From the NCBI RefSeq assembly GCF_009834535.1, contig NC_045696.1:30010001-30074000 (forward strand): DNA of 64,000 nucleotides, given 5' to 3'. Shown in pieces: positions 12,836 to 26,257 of this stretch. Below the pieces are notes generated by a model. The model searched no databases. It saw only the letters and a program-made list of their open reading frames with translations, and was not told the DNA's origin. The first letter of the stretch is position 1, and every line of letters starts with the position of its first letter. This DNA comes from Camelus ferus. Its lineage: Eukaryota. The position numbers and the translations under genes are program-made.

Positions 12836-14739
12836 TTATTGATATGTTCAGATGTTCTATTTCTTCATGACTCAGTCTTGGTAGGTTATACATTTTTAGG
12901 AGTTTATCCATTTTTTCTAAGTTGTCTACTTTGTAGATGTTTGATTACTCATAGTTCTCTTACGATCCTTTGTAGTGTCTCCTCTTTCATTTATAATTTT
13001 ATGTAAGTCCTCTTTCTTCTTTCTCTGGTTAGTCTAGCTAAAGATTTGTCAATTTTGTTTAACTTTAGTTTTGTTAATTTATTCTGCTTTTCTATTATCT
13101 AGTTCACTTATTTATTCTCTAATCTTTATTATATCCTTATTTCTGCTAAATTTGAAGTTAGTATTTCTTCATTTTCTAATTCTTTGAGATATAGTGTTGT
13201 TTATTTGAAATCTTTCTTTTTTTCTTAATGTATACATTTATAGCTATAAAATTCCCTCATAGAACAGCTTTTACTGCATTTTATAAGTTTTGGTCTGTTG
13301 TGTTTCCATTTTCAATTGTTCAAAAATTTTTTTATTTCCCTTTTGATATCTTCTTTGATCCATTGGTTTATTTGGGAATGTGTATTTAGTTTCCACATAT
13401 TAAAAAATTCTAGTTTTTTTTTTTTCTGTTTTTGATTTCTAATCTCATACCATTGTGGTTGGAAAAGATATTTGATACAATTATATATTCTTGAATTTAT
13501 TGAAAATTGTTTTGAGGTGTAACAGATGATCTCTCCAGGAGAATGCTTCATGTGTTCTTGAGAACAATACGTATTCTCTTCTGTTGAATGGAATGTTCTG
13601 TATAAGTCTATTGGGCTTGTTTATAGTGCTATACTATATTATACTGTTGTTCAAATGCAGTGTTTTCTTTTTGACTTTATGTCTAGGTAATATATGCATT
13701 GTTAATATAGATCCCAAGTATTATTGTATTGCTGTTTATTTTTCATTTCAATTCTGTTATTGTTTTCATTATATAATTAGGTGGTCTGATGCTAGTTATA
13801 TAAATATTTATAATTGTTATATCTTCTTCATGTACTGACTTCTTCATTATTTTATAATGAACTTTTTTTGTTTCTTGTGACCATATTTAGCTTAAAGTTT
13901 ATTTTGTCTGATATAAGTATAGCTATCTCTGCTTTCTTTTGGTTACTGTTTGCTTAGAATATCTCTTCTGTCTTTTCACTATCCACTTATGTGTGTCCTT
14001 AATGCTAAAATGAACCTGTTGTTGGAGACAGCAGCATTTCTTTGAATCTTGATTTCTTATTTTTTTCCACTTAGATAGACATTCTATATCTTTTGATTAG
14101 AGAATTATTTTAAACATGTTTAAAGTAATTATTGATAGTTAAGGCCAGTTTGTTGCTGGTTAGGTGAGGTCACAGGCTGTGTTCCCTGAAAAGAGCAGTT
14201 CCACTTGTTGGGTTTCAATTAGGCAGGGCTGTAGGGTAGACTCCACAATTGTTCCTGGTCAGTTGGGGTCTCAGGCTATGCTTTCTGACTGGTGCCAGTT
14301 ACTGGACTCCAAGTTATAGTGAGTCTGTAGGCTGGGCTTTGCAGCCAGGTGGTCCCTTAGGCTGTGCTTTGTGATTGGGAGTGTTGAAAGCTGTGCCCTA
14401 AAGTTATATGGGGCCACAGGCTGGGCTTTGTGATCAAGTAGGCTGCTGGTTGTGTTCTGTTGTTTGGTAAAGTTGCTGGAGTGGCTCTTTGGTTGGGCAG
14501 GGCTTCCCATTGTATTTTGCAGTTGAATGAGGCTAGAGACTGCTCTGTGGTCAGATGGAGTAACTATTCAGGCTCTCTGGTTGGATGTGGCCACAGCTTA
14601 TGCTCTGTGATTGGATTGGGTCACTGACTGGGTTTCCTGCTTCGCTGAGGCTGTAGGCTATGTTCAGCAACATAGTATGGCCATAGGCTGGACTCTGCTT
14701 CTGGGCAGGGCTTTAAACTGGGCTCCGTGGCTGACTGTC

Positions 14740-17700
14740 ACAATCTCTTGCCCGGCTGCATGAACCAATTTTAAGTTCCAGATTATATTGACTGAAGGGA
14801 AGCCCAGTTTTCCAGGAGAAGGAACTTGCAAAATCAAAGCAAATATACTGTTCTATAAAGATTCAAAGTCCATTACTCAAAGGGACCTATATCCATTTAC
14901 TTGGATAACCATACATTGGGGAAAGGAAAATAGCCAGACATTAAGAGGACAGTAGGGCACAGGTTTTAGTTGATACTGATAGCATCATCCCCCTGATAGA
15001 GTGGGGGCATGTAGAGGGCTGGTAATAAAGGAGTCTTTGGTACACCGAATACATGAGACCACTTATTTTACATTTCTCTAGCCTTTAAATGCATACTTAT
15101 AATGCAAAGGCTGCTTTAATCCCATTGTCCATAGAATAAGGACTATTGGGATGGGGGATGCCAAGTAGAAGCCCCTGAAGTTGTTCCTGAAGCTGGCCAA
15201 GATGGTATATCAAGAACATTTTGCATAAGGTTTGCCTAAAGGCATAAAAGGTGCAAGAATGGTGAATCTCATTTAATTCTCCAGCCTTACCCCAACAACA
15301 AAAAATCAATAGATGCTGGAAGATGACAGTGGACTACCACAAACTCAGCTAAGCAGTGGTCCCAATTGCAAGAGCTGTACCAGATGTAACAATATCTTAA
15401 ATAAAGACAGTATCAGAAACAGCACCATGCCAAGCTATATTGGAGCTTGAGGCAAAAGGAAAAATCAGTAATATTGATTATGTCTTTAAAGTTTTTGATA
15501 TTTTGCTCATCATGGATTTTTTGCTTGATAATGAGTTTTTAAAAATATATTACATTGCAGTGTTATTTATCTCCATTACTGAGTTTTTGGTGTTCTGTTA
15601 AATTTTATGTCTGATGCATGTGTCTTACTGACTTCACTCTAGTCCTGGCTCTGCACAACAAGGCTTCAGGAACTTGTTAAGCAACTATTGTTTTGATGAA
15701 TGTATTACTTCCCATTCCTGTTGGGAAGGAGAACCAGAAGAAGTTAACATTCACACTTGATGTACAAAAATTTGTATTTATAGTCTTTTCTCAGGGCTAT
15801 GTTAATTCTCTTACCCTAATATCATAAATATAGCCTGAAGGGAACTGAATAACATGAAAAATCCATATGAAATCACATTGATCCATGATTTCAATGTCAT
15901 TATATTAAACAGACTGTATGAAGCATAAACATTTATGTTGGTGGCCTTGCTAAGACACATGTAGTCCAGAGTGGGAGAAATAAAGCCTGTGAAGATTCAG
16001 GGACTTTCCACATCAGTGAATTTTGTGGTGATTCAGTGATCCAGTATATGTCAGATCATCTCCATAGCAAAGGACATCTTATTGTATCTTTCATCTCCCA
16101 CTGCTAAGAAAGAAAACACAGTTCCTAGTAAACAAATGATATGGAAGGCCAGTAGCTTTGAGCTGAACACTGAGCAGGAAAGCATTCAACAGAAGGTTCT
16201 GGCCAATGTACAAGTGGGGCTGCCTCATTCACCCCTTGCTTGAAGATAACACAAAAGACTGTGATATTAAAGGTGTCTTTGGTAGGCATAATCACCATGT
16301 GGAGTTATAGCATGAATCAAATGGATAATTATAATGTGAAAATTTTAGTGTTCTGGAGCAGGACTATGCCATCTGCAACATAAAATTGTATTCTTTTGAT
16401 TGATACCTGTGGGATGCTAGGAGTCTTGATAGAGACAGAGAATGTAAATGGAAATCAAGTAACCGTGCAGACCTGGGTTCTGTCAAACTCATCGAGTCAT
16501 AAGTTAATCAGGTCCAGTAGCAGTTCATCTTGGCAGCATTATTCATGAGCAGGGTCAGAGGGTACAGGTAAGCAACACAAGCAGGTGTTTCACGCCCCAT
16601 ATCATCTACCACTGTTACCTTGGAATGTCTTATGTAGCATGCACCTGTGGTGTGTGGGGAATTCATTATGAATAGCTGATGAAGGAGGAAAAGGCTGAGC
16701 TCAAGTCATAGATGGGTTGAGTTGGTATGCCAACTAAGAACCCAGTGTGCTGTGCTATAGATCAGTGTAGGAGTGGACCTGAAAGATAGATATGAGGAGA
16801 ATCCCTCCCAATGAGTATAGCTTTGAACAGTATATATCTGTGTGGAAGAAAAGTGGCCTGAGGTTAGAATATATGTGGGCTCATGGGCAGTGAAGAATGA
16901 ATCAGGATTGATCAGGGATTTGGAAAAACAAAGATTTGAGGATTGGGAAAAAATAATTTTCTAGGGATGAGGTTTATAGATTAATCTACAGGAGGCATGA
17001 AGTGTGAAAAACCATGTAATACATGATAGATTCCTGCTGTAGATCATCCGTTATAGAAGAAGCACTGAACTATCAAGTGGCTAGTTGACATCAGCCTGAT
17101 TTGGTCATCAGCTGCCCAGTTTGGCAGAAGGGGAGAATAAATGGAATAGCCTTGAGTGGCAGGGATGTCAATCATGCCTGGGCTCAACAGCCTGGGCTCC
17201 CATTCAATAAAGTTGATCTACTTATTGCTGCTGTTGAATGTACAGCCTTCCAGCAACAAAGAACAGTGCTAAGCCATTAACAAGGCTTCTTTCCTCAAGA
17301 AAGCTAGCAAGCTATTTTGTGACAAAATGATTTCGCTAAATCCCTGGTGTCCTAGCAGCAATTCATCTTGACTTACATAAACACATGCTCCAAACATATG
17401 GGTTTCCCGTGACTAGAGGACCTTATCCAGCTCCACTATCCAAAGGTTTATAGATTATTTGTTTCACCAACGTAGAATTCTGCTTAACATTGTTTTGAAT
17501 CAAGGGACCCACTTTACAGCTCACAGGGTGTGAGCATATGACCACTTGGTCATTAGTCCTATTATGTACAATACCACCCTTTTTTTTTTCCAGCATGGCT
17601 GAGCAATGGAATGGCCATTTGAAAATATATCTGAGGCACTAGCGTAGAGATGATGTCCTCTAATATTGGTACTCCATCCTCCAGAATGCAGCGTAGACTT

Positions 17701-18475
17701 TAAATCAACAATCATCATATGGTGTTATATATCCATTTAGAGTTCATGTATCTAAGAATAAATGGGAGGGGATGGTTTCATGTAACATTACTGCCAATAA
17801 TCTAGTTGCAGAATTTGTGTTTTTCATTCCCTCAACCCCATAACTTTGACTCTATGGGTCTAGAAGTCTTGATTCCCAAAGGAGAATTCTTCTAGTAGGG
17901 AACATAAAAAGTGTCCCATTACACTTCAGGCTATGGCTGCTACTACCTCATTGCTTCATTGCTTTGGGCTTCATTTACCAAGAGACCAGTAAGCATGGGA
18001 AGAGTCACCATCCTGGCAGGGACATTGATGTTCATCACTAGCACAATAGAACTGGTGCTATATAATTGGTACAATTGGGAAGGACATCTTTCATATTCAG
18101 GTGATATAATCAGTCATATGTTGATACATTTTTACTTAATTTTTACTTAATTTTGACAGTAAATGAGGCAACTGTCTGAGCAGGCATAAGACTAGGGACT
18201 CTTTCCCCCAAGGGATAAAGGTATAGGACCCCACGTAAGCCACTCTTATTAACAGAAATGAATCAAGAATGTGCGGTGGGTAGGGAAGGGCGGATAATAT
18301 TTGTGGCCCTCTCACCAGCTATAGTAGCAGGGCACGTAGTTCCTTCTACTAACCTTCTTATTGTACGTTTTCCTAGAAGAAGAGATAAACTTGAATCCTG
18401 GAGTGACTGTTCCCAGGTGGGGTGAATTTATTATCTGAAGTAAATGGATCTGAGCAGCACAAGGAAGGAGTGGAC
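14740..18475 (+). mobile_element. ERV-L internal region: decayed pol (RT, integrase) and dUTPase, polypurine tract
   Basis: WKMTVDYHKL (15317-15346), QGYVNS (15792-15809), LNQGTHFTA (17495-17521), dUTPase-like GRVTILAG..IELVLYN in ORF 17911-18150; purine tract aaggaaggagtgga before the 3' LTR; many stops and frameshifts. Confidence 0.9.
15393..15653 (-). mobile_element. MER96B-like hAT DNA transposon inserted in the ERV-L RT
   Basis: 'tattggagcttgaggcaaaaggaaaaatcagtaata...ctctagtcctggctctg' matches recalled MER96B; RT homology resumes right after. Confidence 0.7.
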
Positions 18476-18854
18476 AGTAGTGAACAGTATGGTGCATTGC
18501 TCAGATTCCATCCCAGTTTGGAGATGTATTATCCTTGTTGCCGAGAAGATTGGTTGCTGAAGATTCACAGATAAATCTCTCCTCAGGAATTACCCTCAGC
18601 TTGGGTACATCGATTGTTTGAAGGGGGAGTACAAAATTTAGCCCCCTTTCCTTAACTGGGGACAAATCTAAAGCCTCCATTGAACCGGCTAAATCTTTGT
18701 TGCAATTACACTGCAGTTTAACTACTCCTTCTGTCCAGTCCAGTGCCCCTTCAAACACTCAAAGATGTTGCTCTGAGAGCATTCCTCAATAAAATTCCTG
18801 CATGCGAATCTCAGATGCTCAAAGATTGTTCTCTGGGGAAGTTGACCTAAAACA
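18476..18854 (+). mobile_element. ERV-L 3' LTR (LTR16-type)
   Basis: Follows the PPT; contains 'ctcaggaattaccctc' and AATAAA near 18788; ends 'gacctaaaaca'. Confidence 0.85.
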
Positions 18855-19532
18855 GGATTCCTTCAAATTGCCAGGATTCATTTAATATGAAATAACTTTA
18901 AAAGGAGTTGTGCACACAAATGTTAAAAAGTAAATCTATTGCATAAAATAAATTTATCTCCTTATGTACTTTTTATTCTAATTTCTTCATTACTTTTTTA
19001 AAATTTCTATTTCTGTTTGTTTTCCTTTTGCTAACTTCAGTCATCATGGAAAAAATACAGTTTAAGAGGCTTGCCTTTTCTTTTTTTCCCTTGGCCTCAT
19101 CACTAACTCTTGAGAACTTGGATAAATTAAGTTTCCCTGGGGTAAGAGTTGATTCATTTGTTAATTGAGGAAATTGTACTAGGTGATTGATCTTTAAAGC
19201 ATCTTGAAACTTTAAAAGTTAAATATTTTCCTTTTCACTATGTTTTTATACTTTCAATGCCATGGTAGTTTGGGTTACAGAGTTACTGGCGAGGAAGGAA
19301 AAATACTAAAGAAATGTTTGAATCTTTTGGGGTAGGGTCTTGGTCATCCTGAAAATAGTGCAAGTTGTATGAACATTGTTTAATAATGCTAATGTGGCAA
19401 AAGAAAGGCTTCCCCATGGCAGATGACTTGCAACAGACCATGTAACAATAATGTGAATAATTCATTATATTCTTCAAGCATTTGCAGTATTCATGATACG
19501 AGAATTTGTAGACATGATTTAATTCATGATTC

Positions 19533-19720
19533 CTTCATTCAGTGATTACTCAGAGTGCTTATTCTGTGCCCAGATTATACTAGGCCCTGGGGAAATAGAG
19601 ATTAATAAGATCCCAATTCTTAACAGCTTAGAGTCTAGTGGGAGAGAAGAGAGACAGACATATATACAAATATTATAATGCAAAAAATCTACTATAGTAG
19701 AGTATAAACAGAATGCTTTT
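19533..19720 (-). mobile_element. L2 3' end
   Basis: 'ttcattcag...gagtgcttattctgtgcccag...ctaggccctgggg...agcttagagtctagtggg'. Confidence 0.75.
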
Positions 19721-20482
19721 TTGTAACGATCCTATGTGAACAGGATCCATTTCTTCTACAAAGATTTACTGTCAATCAGTTTGAGTATGTCTGCATTATA
19801 ACAAAGGTGATGTGCATCCCTCTAGCATAAGTCAGCAAGGCACTTCTTGAAACCAACAGTTGTATCTCTTCACATCAGCTCGGCAGTTCTGCTGGGACAT
19901 CATAAGCTCCTTCTCTTTTCAGCAGATCTTGTCTAACATCTCTTTTAATCTAAATATCACAGAAATAATTCTTCATGAAAAAAAGAAGAAGATCACTAAC
20001 TGAAAATAGTATTTCTTAGACTAAAATATGATTCCAGACTGGGCCACTCCCTAGCAGCTCAAGGTGGCAGAGGGGAAAGTTTGCAGAAATAAAGGAAAAG
20101 AATAAACTATGGAAAAAGAAAGATTACATAAGCAAGGAAGGGATTATTTTATGGCTAGAGATAAGTAGCATAATATATAAGGTGTGAACTTCTACAACAA
20201 CCCTACATTTTATTTTTACTCTTCCAAACCAATGCACCATGTGGGTACTCTGGTAACTCAAAAGCAAAACCTGCCTGAAGTCAACAATTCTTTCTACCTT
20301 TTTCTGAATTTAGGCCCCACTGGAGAGCAAATGCTAGGGGACCTAGAGGAGTGGTGGTTGATGGGTCTGCTTCTGTAAGGAGGGGAGGGTTCAATCTAGC
20401 AAATTGGGGACTGCTTTTAAAATTAGTGAAGAAAGAAAGGGAGTCTGTCCTGGGCTTACAGGTAATAAAGGTCAGTGTGTCC

Positions 20483-21977
20483 TAGAGTTGCAAAAAATCC
20501 TATACATCATCCAAACCAAGACAATTTTGAGAGTGAAAGCTGGTACAAAAACATACAATTTATTCATGTTTTGAAATGTATATTTATGGATAACCAATTA
20601 GCTTCATAACATTGGTTGGCTCTTCAAATAGTTTTATTCAAAAAATTCATATATAAAAGTCTTTCTAAAAAATAAAAGTAACATATAATAGATATATTAA
20701 AGCCAAGTTTAAAAAGTCTTCTTTATATTGGTTATCTGTATGTTAAAAATAAAATAAGAATAATTATTCTTGGTAAATAGTCATATACTTTTATTCATTT
20801 ATATCTCTAATCCTGAGTTATTAGCATTTTTCTGAAAATACATTTTAATTGTCCTATTATTAATTACTTATATTCATACCTTGTATTCATACCTTCAAGT
20901 GATTTCTCTCTAAACCACATTGTGTTGAATTGAGGAAATACTCTTTCTACAGGTACCAAGGTACATGTAAGCTTAGTGAATATTCTGCAAAATGGAGGCT
21001 AGTCTCATACACTAAGACTTTCACATTGGAATTTGTGATTATTTCAGACCAAATATTTTCACAGTTACTGTCTTTTTACTTCCAATCAAAAGCCCTTTCC
21101 TTGAAATATATTTTTAAAGATGAGTTGTCAAATTAAGTTTTCACTTGTTTATAATTCATCTAAATGATTTGTCAGATTCACATACACGATGTTTTAGGAC
21201 AATCTCAATTTTATTTCACTTTGGTTCAGCATGTAAATTTTTAAATGAAGCTCCATCAAAAAATCATTTTCATGAATTGATATATTCTGAATCACAAAAA
21301 CAGAATTTTCAACATTAAATTGTATACATTATTTGTACTCTCATCTTTTAATGTGTTCAGTTTCTCATGTGCTTTTATAGGAATAAATGTCAGTGTCTTT
21401 CTGCTTGCAAGCTTTTGCTCACTAATTTCAGTTTGCTAAAGGCTTTAAAATTGGTGACTTTGGGTTATCTATTGTCTAAGTTCATTTTGGTTGCTATAAC
21501 AAAATATCATAGACTAGGTGACTTAAACAGCAAACACTGATTTCTCACAGTCGTGAAGTCGTGAAGTTGGGAAGTCCAAGATCAAGGGCCCAACAGGTTT
21601 GGTCTCTGGTGAAAACCTATTCCTAGTTCATAGGTGGCTGTCTTATTATTGTGTCCTAACATGGCAGAAAGGGTAAGGGAGTTCTCTGGGTTGCTTTTAT
21701 AGGACCAGTGATCCTATTCATGAGGGCTCCACCCTCATGATCTAATCACCCCAAAGGCCCCACTTCCAAATATCACATTGGGGGTTAGGATTTCAACATA
21801 TACATTTTTGGGGAACATAAACGTTCAGACCCTAACATCCATTTACTGTATAGTTAGAGTAAGATTTGACAGTTGACCTTGACAAAAGCACAACTAAAAT
21901 TTAGAAGCCTCACTTATTAATACATATAATGCCATTGTAAGAAAATTAGAGTGAATTCATATGAAAGTTGTTCAAGT
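20483..21977 (-). mobile_element. hAT-Blackjack-like DNA transposon, 3' part with transposase remnant (interrupted by MLT1A)
   Basis: MER81/Blackjack-like end 'tcatccaaaccaagacaattttgagagtgaaag'; minus-strand peptide AEYSLSL/TLVPVERVFPQFNTMWFREKS near 20900-20985 = hAT dimerisation motif; right boundary uncertain. Confidence 0.75.
21473..21837 (-). mobile_element. MaLR solo LTR (MLT1A-like)
   Basis: TG...CA ends; 5-bp TSD tctat/tccat; typical MLT1A text. Confidence 0.92.
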
Positions 21978-22335
21978 TGTTACCCCAAAAGGGGAAGGGA
22001 AAAGACCTCAGTTCTTGTCATAGCCAAAAGATAAGAATTCAGACAGGAGATGGGGCATTGTATAGCAAAAGATTTTAAAGGATTTAGTTAGTAAACACCT
22101 CCAAGAGCAGGAGGTGGGCTGATCCAAGGGAGGAAAAGCGATGGTTTTGTTTGCCCTTTCTCTTATACCCTCGCTTGGAGGTGGTCTCTTGATTGATTGA
22201 TGGCTCTTGCCCCTGGAATGCTTAGTCATGTTTGTCCCCTTTGCACATGTCCTTACCCATGATGTACACAGAAAAATCCACTAGGAGGGGGGCCCTAAAC
22301 TGCAATATTTATTATATTACAATGAGTAGTGGTTC
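21978..22335 (-). mobile_element. ERV1-type LTR fragment
   Basis: Starts tgttacc; 'cagttcttgtcatagccaaaagataagaattcagac', 'gcacatgtccttacccat' and 'attacaatgag' resemble MER4/MER41-group LTRs read antisense. Confidence 0.6.
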
Positions 22336-22340
22336 ATGGT

Positions 22341-22795
22341 CAGGGTAAACCACACATCCTGGTTTGGCAGTGAACATCTACTGGGCCAGAGTCTTGTCTT
22401 GTGTAGCACTTCAACCTGAAATATTCACTTTTGTAACAATGTGTGAATTCTGAATAAATGCAATTAATGGTTGTATTACAATCAGTTAGGATGGATTTGG
22501 TAGAAGTTCACTTTTTACTTCCAACTTACCTTGATCTTACCTAGTAGTATGTAAAATGCCTATGCTGTGATCAGGATTATCTCTGGATGTATGAGGAAAT
22601 GAGAAGATGATCTGCAAGATCCAGTGCTCTTTTCTGGACCGTTCCCCTCCCACACACAATATAATTTATATTTTGCTTTCAAGGACAGCAGCTGATTTGC
22701 TGATGCTAAAACTTAGTGTACTCACATATAAGCAGGTTTAAGTTCAGCTAACAACAGCTGGGTGTGGGTGATGGTGGGAAAAGTATTTAAACTCC
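22341..22795 (+). mobile_element. hAT-Blackjack-like terminal fragment, copy 1
   Basis: Starts 'cagggtaaaccacacatcctggtttg' (MER81/Blackjack TIR-like); colinear homology with 26258-26692. Confidence 0.65.
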
Positions 22796-23193
22796 TGCCC
22801 CTGCTGGATACTTAGTGTTCTGTGTTACCAAATACCAGTTTAAGCAGGAAGTAAAGCAGAGTGCTATTACTTATTTCTTAGAAATTATCCCAGTGGAGAA
22901 AGTTTTGCAATCTCACTGAAAGTGGATTTTTCAAAGGGCTGAAACTCAGCTTTTACGTGATTAGGTCCCAGCAGCCTTTGCAACTATAATTAAATGTCAT
23001 GTGTGTAATTTATAAGAAGCCAAATGTTTTTATATCCTACTAGTGTTTGTAGAATGGACTCAAAATGGTATTTTCATAAAGCACATAGTAGTTGCTATGA
23101 CCATACCTTCAGCAAAATAGATAATAATTAACTGAAGTTTACTGTATGCTCTAAAGAATGATTAGGTATTTAAAAATAATGTATCAATCAAGG

Positions 23194-23682
23194 TGTATTA
23201 ATTTTCTATGACATCCATAACAAATGATTATAAACTCAGTGACAAAACAATGTAAATTTATGATCTTATAGTTCTTCAGGTAGGGAAGTCTGACCTGAGT
23301 CTCAATAAGCTAAAATCAAGGTGTCAGCTGGCTTCCTGTAGACTTGGAGGAAAAATTGTTACCTTGCCTTTTTCAGCTTCTAGAGGCCACCTGCATTCCT
23401 TGTCTCATGGTCCCCTTCCTCCAACTTCAAAGCCAACAATATTGCATATCTCTGGCCATCCTACTGTAGTCACATCTCCTTCTCTATAGCCATGCCCTTG
23501 AAAGGTTTACTGATTTAAAGTATTCATTTATAAGGATATATCTGAATAATTCAGAATAATCGCTCTATCCCAAGTCTTTAACCTAATCATTTCTGTGAAG
23601 TCCTTTTGCACTTAAGGTAATGTATTCATAGGTTCCTGGTGATGTCTGGTGTTGGGTGGGGTGCATTATACCACCTACCGCA
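23194..23682 (-). mobile_element. MaLR solo LTR (MLT1D-like)
   Basis: TG...CA ends; perfect 5-bp TSD CAAGG (23189-23193 and 23683-23687). Confidence 0.93.
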
Positions 23683-24826
23683 CAAGGTGATATTTTTCTC
23701 AGCAAAGAATACCCTATGCATGTAAGGCAAGCTCTGGAGCTCATTCTTCTTTTATTGCTTTAAAGGGATAGGAAAAAATGACCTAAATTTGGAATAATTC
23801 TGAGAGTAATCACAACTGAAGGCATCGATGTTTTTTCTGCATGCATCTGGTACTTCTTTCAAGAAAGTCTATAGCCAAGATTCAATACTGATCACTTCTT
23901 TATTTCTGTAACTCCTTGAAACTTTCGTTCATGGTGGCCAGATGTCTATTGTTTGGTTAGAAATTAATTCTGTAATTGTTTAAAAAAAAAAGAGTTTTCT
24001 GTCCAAGCCCACACATGTCTCAGGTGCATTTCAACCACTCTACTGTTAGTTTATTTAATTAGAGCCTGGATTTTGGATGCTCACACATCCCTCTCACCCT
24101 TCAAGGGCTGCATGTCCACTTAATTAAATGAAAGAAATAATAATTGAATGGCGCTCACTTAGATCTTGGGCAAATGTTGTGCAAATTTTAATCTACAGAT
24201 TACATCAAAGATAAATTCAGACAGAGATATATGTGACACAATTTTAAGTTTTTAATAATAGAACTTTGGTCAAATCTAATGTTAAATGATTATATTATTG
24301 ACTGTTTATACATAGGTATACATTTCTGTTAAATATTTGTAGATACATAAAATACAAACCTCCACAAAATAAGGCATATGAATTTTAGGAGAAGTTTTCT
24401 CAAGAGGGAAATTTCTTAAAATTGTTTGTGTTCTCTTGTATGTAATTATTAGACTGGAAGCAAAGAATATTGAGAAATAGAAGTTATGCAACACAACTGA
24501 ATACAGGGGGTAATCCCTAATACAGATGTGACGTCTGTGGTTGACTGAAAATGTTGAAAATGGATACATTCATGAAGGAAAAACAGTCTATAAAAACATG
24601 AGGTAAATTCAACTGAACATACTAAATAACCTCTTTCCCCGAAGGTGTAATTCTATGTAATTCTACTCTCATCATCCTGAAATGTCAAGAATGGAAAGTT
24701 TTTGAGATTATAAATTCCTAATAAAAATAAAAATAAAAGACATAAAAATTGTCATTTAAAATTAAATTAAAAATGTGTTTGTCATTCGTAAATTGCTTAT
24801 TTTTTATTTTTAAAGTTCTTTATCCC

Positions 24827-25232
24827 TATGCAGTTCCCTAGGGCTGCTATAACAAAGTACCACACAGAAATGGATTCTCTCACAGTATAGAAGTCAAGGT
24901 ATTGGCAGGGTCAGGCCCCATTGGAAGCCTCTAGGGGAGGATCTTAATCTTGTCTCTTCCAGCTCCTGGTAGCCCTAGGCATTCCTTGGCCTTGGATAAT
25001 TCAAATCTCTGCCTCTATCTTTACATGGCCATCTTCTTTCTGTGTGCCTCTGCTTCTTCTTGCAAGGACATCAGCCATATTGGATTAAGTGCGGACTCTA
25101 CTCCTGTGTGATTTCATCTTGACTAATTACATTTGCAATGACCCTATTTCCAAATAAGGTCACATTCTAAGGTATTGGAAATTAAAATTTCAACATCCCT
25201 TTTTTGGGGGGGACAAAGTTCAACCCATAACA
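24827..25232 (-). mobile_element. MaLR solo LTR (MLT1B/C-like)
   Basis: 'ctagggctgctataacaaagtaccac...ccctatttccaaataaggtcacattct...ttcaacccataaca'; TSD atccc/atcct. Confidence 0.9.
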
Positions 25233-26257
25233 ATCCTATGATATAAAAAGACTGGTTCTCTCATGAGGCTTAAAGAGATGGTCAACCTAAAGGTGACATG
25301 TGTTCTATCTCATTTTTAATAGATCAAGAATTAATCTAAATTATTAAATCTATGTTTACCCTGGCTCACCAGTTCTATTTTCTGATTACTACATTAAAAA
25401 AAAAACAGTTTGGAAATGCTTTTAGAGAATGCATAAAATTGAATATATTTTAAACTCTGTGTTATTAAATATAGTACATACTCAATAAAGAAATGAGGGT
25501 CCTGATAAATGGGTCAGATTCCATAATTTGTCTTCCAATCTCAACCCAGTTCTGAATGAATAACTATCATCTCTGTTATTCTACTTGCATAAGAAATTAA
25601 AGAAATAAGCATGATTTTAGTGCCGTCCAACCTGCTCCATGAACCTGATAATATACTAATACTATAAAAATTATGTACGTGCATGTGGTTGCCTCAGATA
25701 CTTTATGGAACGAGGCACGGTATGAGTGAATAAATATATAAAAGGCATGAACATGTTGAAAAGTCATCTTTTTTAATTTAAGCAATGCATGAGGTGTGAT
25801 AGATTTCTATTAGCCAGAACTCGGTGAAGATGTGACACTTAAAATTGACTACCGATTCTATTTTGGGGGAAACTCATATATGCAGCAATACAGCTAAATT
25901 AAGAATTTGCTTGTGCAGAAATATTCTCAGTAGTCATCAACCAAACTTTATAAAGCATTTCAGAGAAAGAAAAGCCCATCCAGTATGCTTTCCTCATCCA
26001 GAGTGCTTTGTCTTTTATTGGAAAAATAGATTATTTATATTGTATAATTTTCTAATTATATAAAAGTATGTTTCTTTAAACTGTCACAAATCATTTTTAG
26101 AGTGAGATAGTGATCAAATAAATAGACTCCTAGCCTCCATGCCCAGCACGGTCTCCAGGATTATATGACAAGACTGGAACCCTAGTAGTCGGCTACTCTA
26201 GGTACACCATGTAACCATTTCTTTCTGAGTCTTGCCTTGCCAAAAGTGTTTTATGGT

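Larger units (their letters stand above)
7227..14735 (-). mobile_element. Internally deleted LINE-1 (L1MA-type 3' end) inserted in the ERV-L; itself host to a second L1 and a Tigger
   Basis: 3'UTR 7227-7711 resumes at 11229; ORF2 RT peptide at 12269-12511 ([21 protein letters not shown]); GC-richer 5'UTR-like sequence about 14140-14735. Confidence 0.9.

Noticed and set aside
21978..22438. Complete solo LTR with tgttac/gtaaca termini and aagt/atgt TSD
   Set aside because: 22341-22438 aligns continuously with the second Blackjack-like copy at 26258 onward, so the right terminus is probably coincidental.
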